A stretch of 64,000 nt of DNA from a bacterium (lineage in GTDB: Bacteria; UBA8248). Made by a program: the position numbers and the translations under genes. Shown here piece by piece: positions 1 to 9,704 of the stretch. How positions within the stretch are numbered: position 1 is the first letter of the stretch; every line of letters begins with the position of its first letter. The notes beneath the pieces were generated by a model. It did no database searches and was not told the DNA's origin. It was given only the letters and a program-made list of their open reading frames with translations. Location of the stretch: contig OZ242260.1 of the NCBI GenBank assembly GCA_965207065.1, forward strand, positions 2,464,001-2,528,000. Direction: 5' to 3'.

Positions 1-421
1 CGAAGCGCGGGGCATGACGGCGAACGCGTTTTCCTCCCTCTCGCTCGACCCGCCGCTCGTCCTGGTGTGTTACGACAACAAGGCGTCGAGCCTGAAGATG
101 GTGCAGGATGCGAAGAAGTTCGCCATCAATTTCCTCTCGGAAGAGCAGAAGAGCACGTCGGACTGGTTCGCGGGCAAGGGCAGGGACGCGGAGGATCAGT
201 TCGCCGACATCCCGCATGAAACCGGGGAGAACGGCTCGCCCGTGCTCACGGGGAACGTGGGCGTTCTGGAGTGCGACCTGCACGAGGAGCTTCCGGGCGG
301 TGACCACACCATCGTCATCGGGCGCGTGACCCGCGTCCTGCTCGAAGAAGAGGTACGCGCGCCCCTTCTTTTCTACGGCAGCGCGTACCGGAAAATGGAT
401 ATGGACGGTTCCTACGACTGA
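1..421 (+). CDS. Flavin reductase-like protein, 5' part probably outside the window
   Basis: GMTANAFSSLSLDPPLVLV and GDHTIVIGRV motifs; frame is open from the window start. Confidence 0.9.
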   Translation, partial: EARGMTANAFSSLSLDPPLVLVCYDNKASSLKMVQDAKKFAINFLSEEQKSTSDWFAGKGRDAEDQFADIPHETGENGSPVLTGNVGVLECDLHEELPGGDHTIVIGRVTRVLLEEEVRAPLLFYGSAYRKMDMDGSYD

Positions 422-457
422 TCCCTGAACCCGGCCCTCATTTCGCAAGGAGTTCCC

Positions 458-1219
458 TTGGCTTCGTATCGCGCGGTTGCGTTCGACCTGTTCGACACGC
501 TCGTTGATTTCGACATCTCCCTTTTCCCGGTGGCGGAGATAGACGGCAAGGAGGAGAAGACCACCTCGAAGGCGGCTTATGACGCGCTTTACGAGGGTGG
601 ATTCCTCGTGCCGAATTACCAGGCCTTCCACCAGCTCTGGATCCAGAACTCGAAAGAGGTGTGGGGCGAGCGCAACAACGACCCCGAGCTCAAGGAGGTC
701 CGCTCGATACATCGTTTCCGGCGCCTCATGGAACTTCTGGTGGCGATCCCCGCACAGGACAGGGAGCGGGCCGCCCTGACGGCCCTGAACGCCCACATGT
801 ACGGCATCGAGAATTCCGTCGTCTTCGATACGGACCGCCTCGACGTGCTGGGAAGGATAAAAGAAGCCGGTTTGCCGATAGCGCTCCTGAGCAATTTCGA
901 CCATGCCCCCACCGCGCGGCGGATTATCGATCAACGGGGCATCACGCCTTATATGGATTCTATTCTGATTTCAGAGGATGAGGGCTTCCGGAAACCCGCG
1001 GCGTCGCTTTTTCTAAAAGTGGCCGACGAACTGGGTGTTGCGGCTGCGGAAGTGCTCTTCGTGGGCGATACGTTCGATGCCGACGTTACGGGGCCGCAGA
1101 GCGTGGGCATGCCGTGCGCCTGGCTCAACAGAAAGGGAGCGCCCGTGCCGGAGGGTTGTAAGCCGCCCGATTTCGAGATTGAGGATTTGAGGGAGACGCT
1201 TACGATACTGGGGATTTAG
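458..1219 (+). CDS. HAD-superfamily hydrolase
   Basis: FDLFDTL motif I, LSN motif II, KP...VGD...D motifs III/IV; AAGGAG RBS before TTG. Confidence 0.9.
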   Translation: MASYRAVAFDLFDTLVDFDISLFPVAEIDGKEEKTTSKAAYDALYEGGFLVPNYQAFHQLWIQNSKEVWGERNNDPELKEVRSIHRFRRLMELLVAIPAQDRERAALTALNAHMYGIENSVVFDTDRLDVLGRIKEAGLPIALLSNFDHAPTARRIIDQRGITPYMDSILISEDEGFRKPAASLFLKVADELGVAAAEVLFVGDTFDADVTGPQSVGMPCAWLNRKGAPVPEGCKPPDFEIEDLRETLTILGI

Positions 1220-1227
1220 GGGATTTC

Positions 1228-1492
1228 GTAGGGACAGGCCCCCGTGCCTGTCCGAGGTCGGGGTGATTACGATGGATGGGCGGGCACGGTCGAACTTCCC
1301 TCTTCAGGAAGTTCGACGCCCCTACGGTCGTTATTCGAGAGGGCGTGTAGGTCGGACATATATGTCCGACATATATGCGACCCGCATCGTGAGGGCGAAA
1401 GGCAGGGCCGCATATATGTAGCGCTCCCAAGAAGGGAGCGTTACCTACAGTTGGAATCCCGACTGAATCGCAAGGACTTTTTCAACAGCCCC
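1228..1492. repeat. Cluster of GTAG-type REP-like palindromes plus an orphan TTTTTCAACAGCCCC end
   Basis: GTAGGGACAGGC..GCCTGTCC at 1228; GTAG followed by perfect palindrome GTCGGACATATATGTCCGAC at 1347-1370; inverted CCCTAC ends. Confidence 0.75.
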
Positions 1493-1523
1493 TTCCAGGC
1501 CCTCCTAATATGAGGATATTCCC

Positions 1524-2246
1524 TTGTCCGTTCTCGCGCTTCAGCATGTGGACGTGGAAAGGCTCTCGCTGCTCGAGGAGGTGCTCGCGCAGCGCGGCGT
1601 TCCCTCGCGCTACCTGGCTCTCCACAAAGGGGAGCGTCTCCCGCACTCGGTGGAGGATATGGAGGACGCCGAGGCGATTGTCGTCCTGGGCGGGCCGATG
1701 GGCGTTTACGAGGCGGAGAAATACCCCTGGCTGGCCGATGAGATCCGGTTCCTGGGCGAGGCGATCCGCGCGGGCGTTCCGGTTTACGGCCTCTGCCTGG
1801 GCGCGCAGTTGATGGCGGCGGCGTTGGACGCCCGCGTGTATCCGGGCGAGGGGAAAAAAGAAATCGGCTGGTTCCCGGTGGACCTGACGCCCGAGGCGCG
1901 AGGGGACCCGCTGCTGGGCGATGAGGAGGCGAGCTTCCCCGTGTTCCAGTGGCACGGCGATACGTTCGATATTCCTGAGGGCGCCGTTCATCTGGCGTCT
2001 TCTGCGCGGTATCCCAATCAGGCGTTCCGGTGGGGCGCGCGCGCCTACGCCTTCCAGTTTCACCTGGAAACCGGGATGGCGGACATCACCACCTGGCTGG
2101 AGGCGTTCGAGGGCGATATGGCCTCCCCGCGCTCGGACGCGGACCCCGAGGCGATACTGCGCGATGCGCCGGGGCATCTCGAAACTTTGAACAGGCGCGC
2201 CGCGTGCTGGTTCGAGCGCTGGCTCGCTCTAGCGGGGCTTGCTTAG
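1524..2246 (+). CDS. Class I glutamine amidotransferase (GMP synthase GATase-like)
   Basis: GGPMGV, GLCLGAQL nucleophile elbow, QWHGD, FQFHLE. Confidence 0.9.
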   Translation: MSVLALQHVDVERLSLLEEVLAQRGVPSRYLALHKGERLPHSVEDMEDAEAIVVLGGPMGVYEAEKYPWLADEIRFLGEAIRAGVPVYGLCLGAQLMAAALDARVYPGEGKKEIGWFPVDLTPEARGDPLLGDEEASFPVFQWHGDTFDIPEGAVHLASSARYPNQAFRWGARAYAFQFHLETGMADITTWLEAFEGDMASPRSDADPEAILRDAPGHLETLNRRAACWFERWLALAGLA

Positions 2247-2269
2247 TCGCCTTGAGGGTTACCCCCTTT

Positions 2270-2674
2270 GGGGTTGTTGAAAAACCCTGAGTTCGCGTTT
2301 CTGCGTATGCAACCGACCGGAGAGGGAGGAGACAACACATTCCCCATATTGAGTACCCAACAATCACTCCCCCCTTGAGGGGGTCGGGCTTCCCGAGGGG
2401 AAAGCCCGACAGAAGCCGAGCGTTTTTTGCGAAGGCTGATGCGGTGGGGGGTGAAATGCGTTTTATTGCCTTTCCGAGTTATACCCCCCACCGAATCGCT
2501 TTCGGGCTTACGCCCTAAGCTCTTCGACTCCCCCTCAAGGGGGGAGTGATTGTTGGGGCGTTCTGCAGGGGGAGAATGTATTAGCCCGACCCCTCAAGGG
2601 GGGAGTTGATTTGAAATTCTCTTTGGTGGAGAGATATCGCCGCAGGTGACGTACACCGGATTTTTCAACATCCC
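2270..2674. mobile_element. MITE-like non-coding element with terminal inverted repeats and internal CCCCCCTTGAGGGGG-type palindromes
   Basis: GGGGTTGTTGAAAAACC at 2270 pairs with GGATTTTTCAACATCCC ending at 2674; no transposase inside. Confidence 0.65.
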
Positions 2675-2761
2675 GCCCTTGTCGGCGGGGGAGCGCTCCC
2701 CTAATATGAGCCTTCCCACAGGGGTCTTCATTTTCCGATTCTTGGCATAAAGGAACCTTTC

Positions 2762-4024
2762 ATGGCGGAACCTGTTCGCGGCGAAATCGTCGCCATCGGC
2801 ACCGAGATGCTCCTCGGCGACCTCATCGACACCAACAGCGCGTTCATCGCGGACCAGCTCAAGTCGATCGGCGTCAACATGTATTTCAATACCACCGTGG
2901 GCGACAACCTGGACAGGATCGCGGGCGTCATCAAGCAGGCGCACGAGCGCTCTCAGGTGGTCATCACCACGGGCGGGCTCGGCCCCACAGTGGACGACCT
3001 GACGCGGGAGGCCTGCGCGAAGGTGATGGGCGTGGAGCTCGAGTACCGGCAGGACCTGTACGACTACATCAGCGCCTATTTCAGCCGGCGCGGCTTCCAC
3101 ATGAGCGACAACAACAAGAAGCAGGCCTACATTCCCGCAGGCGCGACGCCCATCGAGAATCCGCGCGGCACGGCGCCTTGTTTCATGTGCGAGGACGAGA
3201 ACGGGGTCATCATCGTGAGCCCGGGCGTGCCGCACGAGATGCGCTACATCATCACCCAGTGCGCGGTGCCCATCCTGCAGGAGAAATTCGACTTAGGCGA
3301 AGTTATCCGCACGAAGGTCCTGAAGACATGCGGCCTCGGCGAATCGAGGGTCGACGAGATGATATCGGAGTTGTTTCGGGAATCCATCAACCCGAGCATC
3401 GGCGTGCTCGCCCACCCCGGACAGGTGGACGTGCGGATCACCGCGCGCGCGAAAGACATCGAAGAGGCGAACAACCTGATCGCGGGGCTGGAAGTGAAGG
3501 TGCGCGAGATTCTCGGCTCCGCCGTCTACGCCACCGGGAACGCGACGCTCGAGGAGACGCTGGCGCGTGTGCTGGCCCAGAGCGGCAAGACCATCGCGAT
3601 CGTCGAGTCGAACACGGGCGGGGCCTTGATCCAGCGGCTGAACGCCTGGCCCGAGCGCGTGCAGTTCTTAAAGCGCGGCGTCGTCGGCCTGCACGTAGAG
3701 GAACTCGCGCGAATGTTCGGCGTGGATGCGGGAGCAAGCCCTGAGGACATCGCAAAAGCGCTCGCCGGGAAAATTCGCGAGGAATCCGGCGCCGACTTAG
3801 GGCTCGCCGTCTTCGGCCCCAATCCACCCGAGAACATCGAGCCTGAAAACTCCCGCCGCGCGCCCGCGCTGGGCGATACCCACATGGCGCTCGATACGGG
3901 CGGCGACGCCTTCACCTTCTCGTCGAGCTTCGGGGGGAACGAGCAGTTCGTGCAGTCGCGCGCGCCGATCTACGGGATGGAACTCGTGCGCCGCGCGGTG
4001 CTGGGCCTCGACCCGCTGGGGTGA
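2762..4024 (+). CDS. cinA: CinA family competence/damage-inducible protein (MocF domain plus degenerate PncC-like domain)
   Basis: IGTEMLLG..IDTNS, VGDN, TTGGLGPTVDDLTRE, PGVPHEM. Confidence 0.9.
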   Translation: MAEPVRGEIVAIGTEMLLGDLIDTNSAFIADQLKSIGVNMYFNTTVGDNLDRIAGVIKQAHERSQVVITTGGLGPTVDDLTREACAKVMGVELEYRQDLYDYISAYFSRRGFHMSDNNKKQAYIPAGATPIENPRGTAPCFMCEDENGVIIVSPGVPHEMRYIITQCAVPILQEKFDLGEVIRTKVLKTCGLGESRVDEMISELFRESINPSIGVLAHPGQVDVRITARAKDIEEANNLIAGLEVKVREILGSAVYATGNATLEETLARVLAQSGKTIAIVESNTGGALIQRLNAWPERVQFLKRGVVGLHVEELARMFGVDAGASPEDIAKALAGKIREESGADLGLAVFGPNPPENIEPENSRRAPALGDTHMALDTGGDAFTFSSSFGGNEQFVQSRAPIYGMELVRRAVLGLDPLG

Positions 4025-4331
4025 CGCGGCCAGCATCGGTTCGAGAGCGAGGAGGGTGATCGCACCGTCCAACCCTGGACGCCCGAGCCGGACCGGCGGG
4101 AATACTCCCCACCCATAACAACGCCTTCTCCGAAAATGCGCCATGTTCGATCAATAAAACGGCGCGTTTTTTCTTGACTCTTGCCAGAATGAAATACAAT
4201 ATAAGCATCAATGACGCAGTATAGACGTATAAACAATATATATAATGGTAAATATCCTACTGACACCTCGCGCGGGATTCCACGTTCAGTGAAGTGCGGG
4301 ACCCGTCCATTCGACCTGGAGGTATTCAGCA

Positions 4332-4790
4332 ATGACCTCAACGAAACGGCACCAACCCATCGTCTTCGCCCTCGTATGCGCTCTCGTTCTCATTGGCGGA
4401 AGCCTGAAAGCTCACGCGGAGGATCTCTTTGGCTTTAACCCGAAAGTCACGAGCACCACCGGAACAGCCAATGTCTCAAATGATAGTCATGAATTGCATG
4501 TCGAATTCACCCTCAGTGCCGTAAAGTACGGTGCAACGAATAAATTTGAAGTTTGCGGGAAATTCCAACATGCGACTGAGTCAAGCCAATGGCATTATGC
4601 TACGCAGTGTGGCCCGGACGATCTGGAAGATAAGGGATCCGGAAGTTACAAGGCAACCTGGAGCGTTTCGAAAAAGATGGGCGGGAGTCGGGTAAAGAAC
4701 TCCGAAGCAAGGATAAAAATAAAGAAAACTCAAGGCGATGGGACAGTGAAAGAGAGTGACTGGACACTGAATGAGAGGGTGACTTGGTAG
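4332..4790 (+). CDS. Hypothetical secreted beta-rich protein
   Basis: GGAGG RBS; Sec signal peptide ending AHA; two Cys in the mature part; more AT-rich than flanks. Confidence 0.65.
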   Translation: MTSTKRHQPIVFALVCALVLIGGSLKAHAEDLFGFNPKVTSTTGTANVSNDSHELHVEFTLSAVKYGATNKFEVCGKFQHATESSQWHYATQCGPDDLEDKGSGSYKATWSVSKKMGGSRVKNSEARIKIKKTQGDGTVKESDWTLNERVTW

Positions 4791-4906
4791 TCGCTGTCCC
4801 GCAGGTCTTGAATTCTCAGATCAGGCGGTTCGGCCCGCGCCCGGATGCGTCTTTTGACCCTTCCTCCCCGGTCGGGTCAAGCCATCGATACAAACGTACC
4901 TTCATC

Positions 4907-5073
4907 GGGGCTGTTGAAAAAGTCCTCTCCGCTCGGATTTCACGACCGCCGGAATGACGAACTATACCGCTCCGCCTCCTGTAGGGACAGGTCGCGACCT
5001 GTCCCTACGGACCTTCCTGCCCGGTTGGGTTTATTCGCGAAATCACGAAACCGGGGTTTTTCAACAGATCCCC
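4907..5073. mobile_element. MITE-like element enclosing a perfect 28-bp REP palindrome
   Basis: GGGGCTGTTGAAAAAG...GTTTTTCAACAGATCCCC ends; GTAGGGACAGGTCGCGACCTGTCCCTAC at 4981-5008. Confidence 0.65.
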
Positions 5074-5118
5074 ATCAGTCGCGTTTGACCTACGACGCCT
5101 ACTCAGGATGAGGGTTTG

Positions 5119-5147
5119 TTGACAGGATCGGCAAGAAGATAGATACT
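5119..5147 (+). promoter_or_regulatory. Putative sigma70 promoter of the selenoprotein operon
   Basis: TTGACA-17 nt-GATACT. Confidence 0.45.
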
Positions 5148-5243
5148 TTCCATCATCTTATCATTTCATAACGATCCAGCACTCATCGTGATTTAAGGCC
5201 GCGCCCTGCGCGAATCCGCCTGGTTTCAGGGGAGGAGTGTTTT

Positions 5244-5798
5244 ATGGGGAATACCCTGGTGATTCTCGATCCCTCGGGAATACCCCCGCCGCTGGAGAAG
5301 GTGCGGCCCGCCGCGCGCCCCGCCTCCCGCGAGGGCATTCGCCTGGGGCTTCTCGACAACACGAAACCCAACTCCGACAAGCTGCTCCGCCGCCTGGAAG
5401 AGCGCTTAAGCGGGAAATACCCCATCGGCTCGTTCACGCACTACCGCAAGGGAGGCAGCGCGCTTCCCCTGGAGGAGGACCTGATCGATCGGATGGCGGA
5501 AGAGTGCGACTTCGTGGTGAACGCGGTGCCCGACTGAGGGTCCTGCACGCCGTGGAGTATCCACGACGCGATTGAGCTCGAACAGCGCGGGCTCCCCACG
5601 CTCACCATCATCACGGACATGTTCGAGGCCTTCGGCCGCAAGAAGGCGCGGGCCCTGGGCTTCGCGGGCCTCCCGCTCGTCTCGATCCCCCATCCCATCA
5701 CCGGAATCCCGCTCGATACGGTGCAGGCCCACGCGGACGGGATACTCGAAAGCGTGGCGGACTCCCTGACGCTGGCGCCACCGGAAGACGAAGGATGA
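5244..5798 (+). CDS. UGSC-family selenoprotein, 184 aa, Sec at codon 98 (TGA 5535-5537)
   Basis: Frame continues after TGA as U-G-S-C-T-PWSIHDAIELEQRGLPT...IPHP to TGA 5796-5798, which overlaps the next ATG; hairpin directly 3' of the TGA. Confidence 0.9.
5538..5570 (+). promoter_or_regulatory. Bacterial SECIS-like hairpin
   Basis: CGTGGA-GTA-TCCACG stem-loop; the G-starting loop lies 19 nt after the in-frame TGA. Confidence 0.7.
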
Positions 5799-6850
5799 AG
5801 CTGACCTCGGTGCGCCACGAGGTGGCGGAATCCCCCCTGGAACTGCTCGAGTACGTGATGGAACGTGGCTGGGGGGACGGGCTGCCCGTCATCCCGCCCA
5901 CCGAAGAGCGGGTGGCGGCCATGGTGGAGGCATCGGGCCGCCCGCCTGATGAGTCCCGCGGCCGCATCCCCCATCTGTTCGGCGACGCCACGATCGAGAA
6001 GATCGCCGTAAACGCCGCCATGGCGGGCTGCAGGCCCGAGTACATGCCGGTGCTCGTCACCGCCGTCGACGCCATCTTCGACCCCATCTACAACCTGCCG
6101 GGCGTTCAGGGGACGACGAACTGCATCGCGCAGCTCATCGTCGTCCACGGCCCCGCCCGGGGCGCGCTGGGAGTCAATTGCAAGGAAAACCTCTTCGGCC
6201 AGGGCTGGCGGGCCAACGCCACCATCGGCAGGGCCTTCCGGTTCATCCTGCAGAACATCGGGGGCGCCAAGCCGGGCGATACCGATCGCAGCACCTTCGG
6301 CCACCAGGGCAAGTTCTCGAGCTGTATCGGCGAAAACGAAGAGGCGAGCCCCTGGCCGCCGCTCCACGTCGAGCGCGGCCTGGAGCGCGCCGACAGCGCC
6401 GTGACCGTCATCGCGGTCGACCCGCACATCATGGTCAACGACGCGGCCAGCACGGATGGCGAGGGCGTGCTCCAGTCCATCGCCTCCTCGATGATGCAGG
6501 CGGGGAGCAACAACGCGCTCTTCGGCGGGGAGATGGTGGTCGTTCTCGGCCCCGAACACGTGGACATGCTCGTGCGCGACGGCTGGGACCCGCCGCGAAT
6601 CCGGGCCTTTCTCTACGAGCGGGGCAGGGTGCCGACGTTTCTCTTCGCGCCGGCGAACCTGGAGCGCGCGCGAGGGCGCCGGGACGACCTCCTGGCCCGG
6701 GAAGACCTCGAAAGCGTTCCCGTCGTCGACGATGTGGATAGCATCTGCCTGTTCGTGGCGGGCGGCCTCGGGAAGCACAGCCTCGTCATCCCGACGTTCG
6801 GAAACACGCACAGCGTCACGCGAAAGATCGATTTTTCTTTCACCGGCTGA
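5795..6850 (+). CDS. Conserved hypothetical protein, UGSC selenoprotein partner
   Basis: WGDGLPVIPPTEERV, EKIAVNAAMAGCRPEY and RANATIGRA motifs; ATGA overlap with the selenoprotein. Confidence 0.8.
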   Translation: MKLTSVRHEVAESPLELLEYVMERGWGDGLPVIPPTEERVAAMVEASGRPPDESRGRIPHLFGDATIEKIAVNAAMAGCRPEYMPVLVTAVDAIFDPIYNLPGVQGTTNCIAQLIVVHGPARGALGVNCKENLFGQGWRANATIGRAFRFILQNIGGAKPGDTDRSTFGHQGKFSSCIGENEEASPWPPLHVERGLERADSAVTVIAVDPHIMVNDAASTDGEGVLQSIASSMMQAGSNNALFGGEMVVVLGPEHVDMLVRDGWDPPRIRAFLYERGRVPTFLFAPANLERARGRRDDLLAREDLESVPVVDDVDSICLFVAGGLGKHSLVIPTFGNTHSVTRKIDFSFTG

Positions 6851-7007
6851 ACGCAAGCCGGAATCAAGAGGAGAACGGATTCTACAGGCTATCGTATCCA
6901 ATTTTTCCCCTGCCATATTGGGAGCATTCAACCCTGGAGGCGGTATGACAACGGGGCACAACGCCCCGGACCGTTAGTGGTAATCCCTATTTTTGGAGGG
7001 AAGAGCA

Positions 7008-8624
7008 ATGGAACGACGGAAAATCCGATTTGGAAGCGTCGCTATTTTCTTTCTCCTCGCGGCGGTGCTTGTATTCGGCCAGGTTCCAGGGTCCGCATGG
7101 GCCCAGAAGCGGGGAGGCACGCTGGTCATCGGCCTGGAAGCCGACCCGGGGCATTTCAACCTGATCGTCAAACCGGGCACGACGGTCCAGGTGCCGGCCG
7201 TGAACATCTACAACAAGCTGATCACGCTTGATTTCGCTCTCAACCCGAAGCCGGAACTGGCGAAGTCCTGGGAGGTCAAGGACGGTGGGAAAACGCTCAT
7301 CTTCCACCTCCGGAAGGGCGTGAAGTTCCATGACGGCAAGGAGATGACGAGCGAGGACGTGAAATTCTCTCTCGAGAAGTGCCTGCCGTACAATCCGCGC
7401 TCGCGCGTGTTCTGGAAGCCGGTGGCGGAGAAGGTGGAGGCGCCGGACAAGTACACCATCGTCGTCCGCCTCAAGAAGCCTTTCGCCCCCTTGCTCACGG
7501 TTATGGGGGTGATCTTCGGCGGCCCCGCCATCTACCCCAAGCATCTGTGGAAGGATCACGTGGGCAGCCGCAAGGCGTTCCTGAACGCTCCGTGGAGCAA
7601 GAAACCCGTGGGAACGGGGCCCTTCATGCTCAAGGAGTACAAGAAGGGCAGCCACGTCCGGCTCGTGCGGAACCCGAGTTACTGGAACGCGCCCAAGCCC
7701 TACGCGGATGAACTGGTCATCCGGTTCGTCTCGGACGCCAACACCCGCCTCATCGCCCTGGAGAAGGGCGAGATCGACTATCTCCGCGCGGCCCTCATCC
7801 CCTGGGATCAGGCGGCCCGCCTCAAGAAGAACCCCAAACTCGTCGTGCTCGACAAGGGGGGAGAAGCGACGGGGCAGGTCGAGTTCATGCTCCTGAACGT
7901 GCGGCGGCCCATCACCGGGAACGTGAAGGTCCGCCAGGCGATCGCGTATGCGCTGGACAAGAACCAGATCAGCCAGCTGGCTACCGGGGGCACCGCGAAA
8001 GTGGCGGACGGCATCATGCACTCGGCCATGAAGTGGGCGCACAAGGGCAGCTTCGCCCAGTACAAGCAGGACCTGAAGATGGCGAACAGGCTGCTCGACG
8101 AGGCGGGCTACCCGATGAAGGGAGGCAAGCGCTTCGGCCTCACGTTAACCTGGGCCAAGGGCCGCGGCTTCGAGGGACTGGCGGCCGAGGTTATCAAACA
8201 GCAGCTCAAGAAAGTCGGCATCGACATCAAGATCGAGTCCTTCGACCGGGCGGCGACGCTGAAGAAGGTGTACATCAATCATGATTTCGACATCATGATG
8301 CAGTTCTTCACCACCGGGCCCGACCCCAAGATCAGCGTTACCCGCGTCTATGACAGGAACAACATCGGCTCGGCGAACTTCAACAACGCGCCGTCCTACA
8401 TCAACGTCGGCGTTCAGCGTCTCCTCGACGCCGAATGGCAGATCCCCGACGTGAAGAAGCGTGGCGCCGCGTGGCGTCAAATCGTCGATATGGTCGCGGC
8501 CGACGCGCCCGTGATCCCGCTGTTCGAGACGCCCTTCGTCCACACGCATTCGGCGAAATGGGCGGATGTGGTCACGCGTCCCTACTGCGCGTATTGCACC
8601 CGGGAGGACGCTTACCAGAAGTAG
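7008..8624 (+). CDS. ABC transporter substrate-binding protein, family 5 (DppA/OppA-like)
   Basis: Signal peptide; LAKSWEV..DGKT..FHLRKGVKFHDG; GTGPF. Confidence 0.92.
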   Translation: MERRKIRFGSVAIFFLLAAVLVFGQVPGSAWAQKRGGTLVIGLEADPGHFNLIVKPGTTVQVPAVNIYNKLITLDFALNPKPELAKSWEVKDGGKTLIFHLRKGVKFHDGKEMTSEDVKFSLEKCLPYNPRSRVFWKPVAEKVEAPDKYTIVVRLKKPFAPLLTVMGVIFGGPAIYPKHLWKDHVGSRKAFLNAPWSKKPVGTGPFMLKEYKKGSHVRLVRNPSYWNAPKPYADELVIRFVSDANTRLIALEKGEIDYLRAALIPWDQAARLKKNPKLVVLDKGGEATGQVEFMLLNVRRPITGNVKVRQAIAYALDKNQISQLATGGTAKVADGIMHSAMKWAHKGSFAQYKQDLKMANRLLDEAGYPMKGGKRFGLTLTWAKGRGFEGLAAEVIKQQLKKVGIDIKIESFDRAATLKKVYINHDFDIMMQFFTTGPDPKISVTRVYDRNNIGSANFNNAPSYINVGVQRLLDAEWQIPDVKKRGAAWRQIVDMVAADAPVIPLFETPFVHTHSAKWADVVTRPYCAYCTREDAYQK

Positions 8625-8648
8625 TCCTGGTATTCGAATCGTGTTTCA

Positions 8649-8674
8649 GGGGCCCCGTCTCCGGGCGGGGCCCC
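8649..8674 (+). terminator. GC-rich hairpin after the SBP gene (attenuator or mRNA stabiliser)
   Basis: GGGGCCCCG-N8-CGGGGCCCC. Confidence 0.5.
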
Positions 8675-8708
8675 GCAGGTTTCCTGACGTCTTACCGAGG
8701 GGCGATCC

Positions 8709-9692
8709 ATGGCAGGCGATCATCCGCTTCTGCGTTACAGCGTAAGGCGAATCCTTCAGGCCGTCCCTCTTGTTTTCTGGGTCGTCATCATCAACTTCAC
8801 CATCATCCATCTCGCTCCGGGTGATCCGGCCATTTACCTGGCCAGCGTCACCGAGGCCACGCCGGAGGCTTATGAGGAACTGCGCATCGAGTTCGGCCTG
8901 GACAAGCCGCTTTACGTCCAGATGGGGATTTACCTGTGGAAGCTGCTTCATCTGGACCTGGGCTATTCCACCTGGCACAACTCCCCCGTACTCGGCGTCA
9001 TACTCGATCGCCTGCCCGCGACCATGCTCCTCATGGCGACGGCCTTCTCCATCGCCAGCCTCATGGGGGTGGTTCTGGGCGTCATCGCATCGCGATATTC
9101 CTATTCGGTGGGCGACCATCTGGCGACCCTGGCATCGCTCGCAGGCTATTCGATGCCCATATTCTGGCTGGGCCAGCTTCTCATACTCTTCTTCGCCCTT
9201 TATCTGGATTGGCTGCCGAGTCAGGGCATGTATTCGATGCGCGGTGTGGAACCCGGCTGGCCAGCGGTCCTCGACGTCCTGAAGCACCTGCTCCTGCCCG
9301 CGATCACCTACGCCACCTATCACATGACGCTCGTGTTCCGGATCACGCGGGGCAAGATGCAGGAAACGCTCGCGCAGGACTTCATCCTGACCGCGAAATC
9401 CAAGGGGCTGAACGAACGCCGCGTGCTCTACCGGCACGCCCTGCGCAATGCGCTGCTCCCGGTGGTCACCGTGATCGGCATCAATTTCGCCTACGTCATG
9501 GCGGGCTCGGTGTTCACCGAGACCGTGTTCGGGTGGCCGGGCATGGGCCGGCTGATCTTCGAATCCATCACCGCGCGGGACTATCCGATGATTCTGGGGA
9601 TCTTCCTCGTCGTCTCGATGATGATCGTGCTGGCGAACCTCATCACGGACATTCTCTACGCCTTGATCGACCCGCGCGTGGCTTATAACTAG
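8709..9692 (+). CDS. ABC peptide/nickel transporter permease (DppB-like)
   Basis: APGDPA, GLDKPL, TAKSKGL..RHALRNALLP, ETVFGWPGMG. Confidence 0.92.
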   Translation: MAGDHPLLRYSVRRILQAVPLVFWVVIINFTIIHLAPGDPAIYLASVTEATPEAYEELRIEFGLDKPLYVQMGIYLWKLLHLDLGYSTWHNSPVLGVILDRLPATMLLMATAFSIASLMGVVLGVIASRYSYSVGDHLATLASLAGYSMPIFWLGQLLILFFALYLDWLPSQGMYSMRGVEPGWPAVLDVLKHLLLPAITYATYHMTLVFRITRGKMQETLAQDFILTAKSKGLNERRVLYRHALRNALLPVVTVIGINFAYVMAGSVFTETVFGWPGMGRLIFESITARDYPMILGIFLVVSMMIVLANLITDILYALIDPRVAYN

Positions 9693-9704
9693 GAACTTGA
9701 GATC

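Noticed and set aside
5535-5537. TGA as a nonsense mutation (pseudogene)
   Set aside because: Falls in a UxxC motif with an adjacent SECIS-like hairpin and an intact downstream frame
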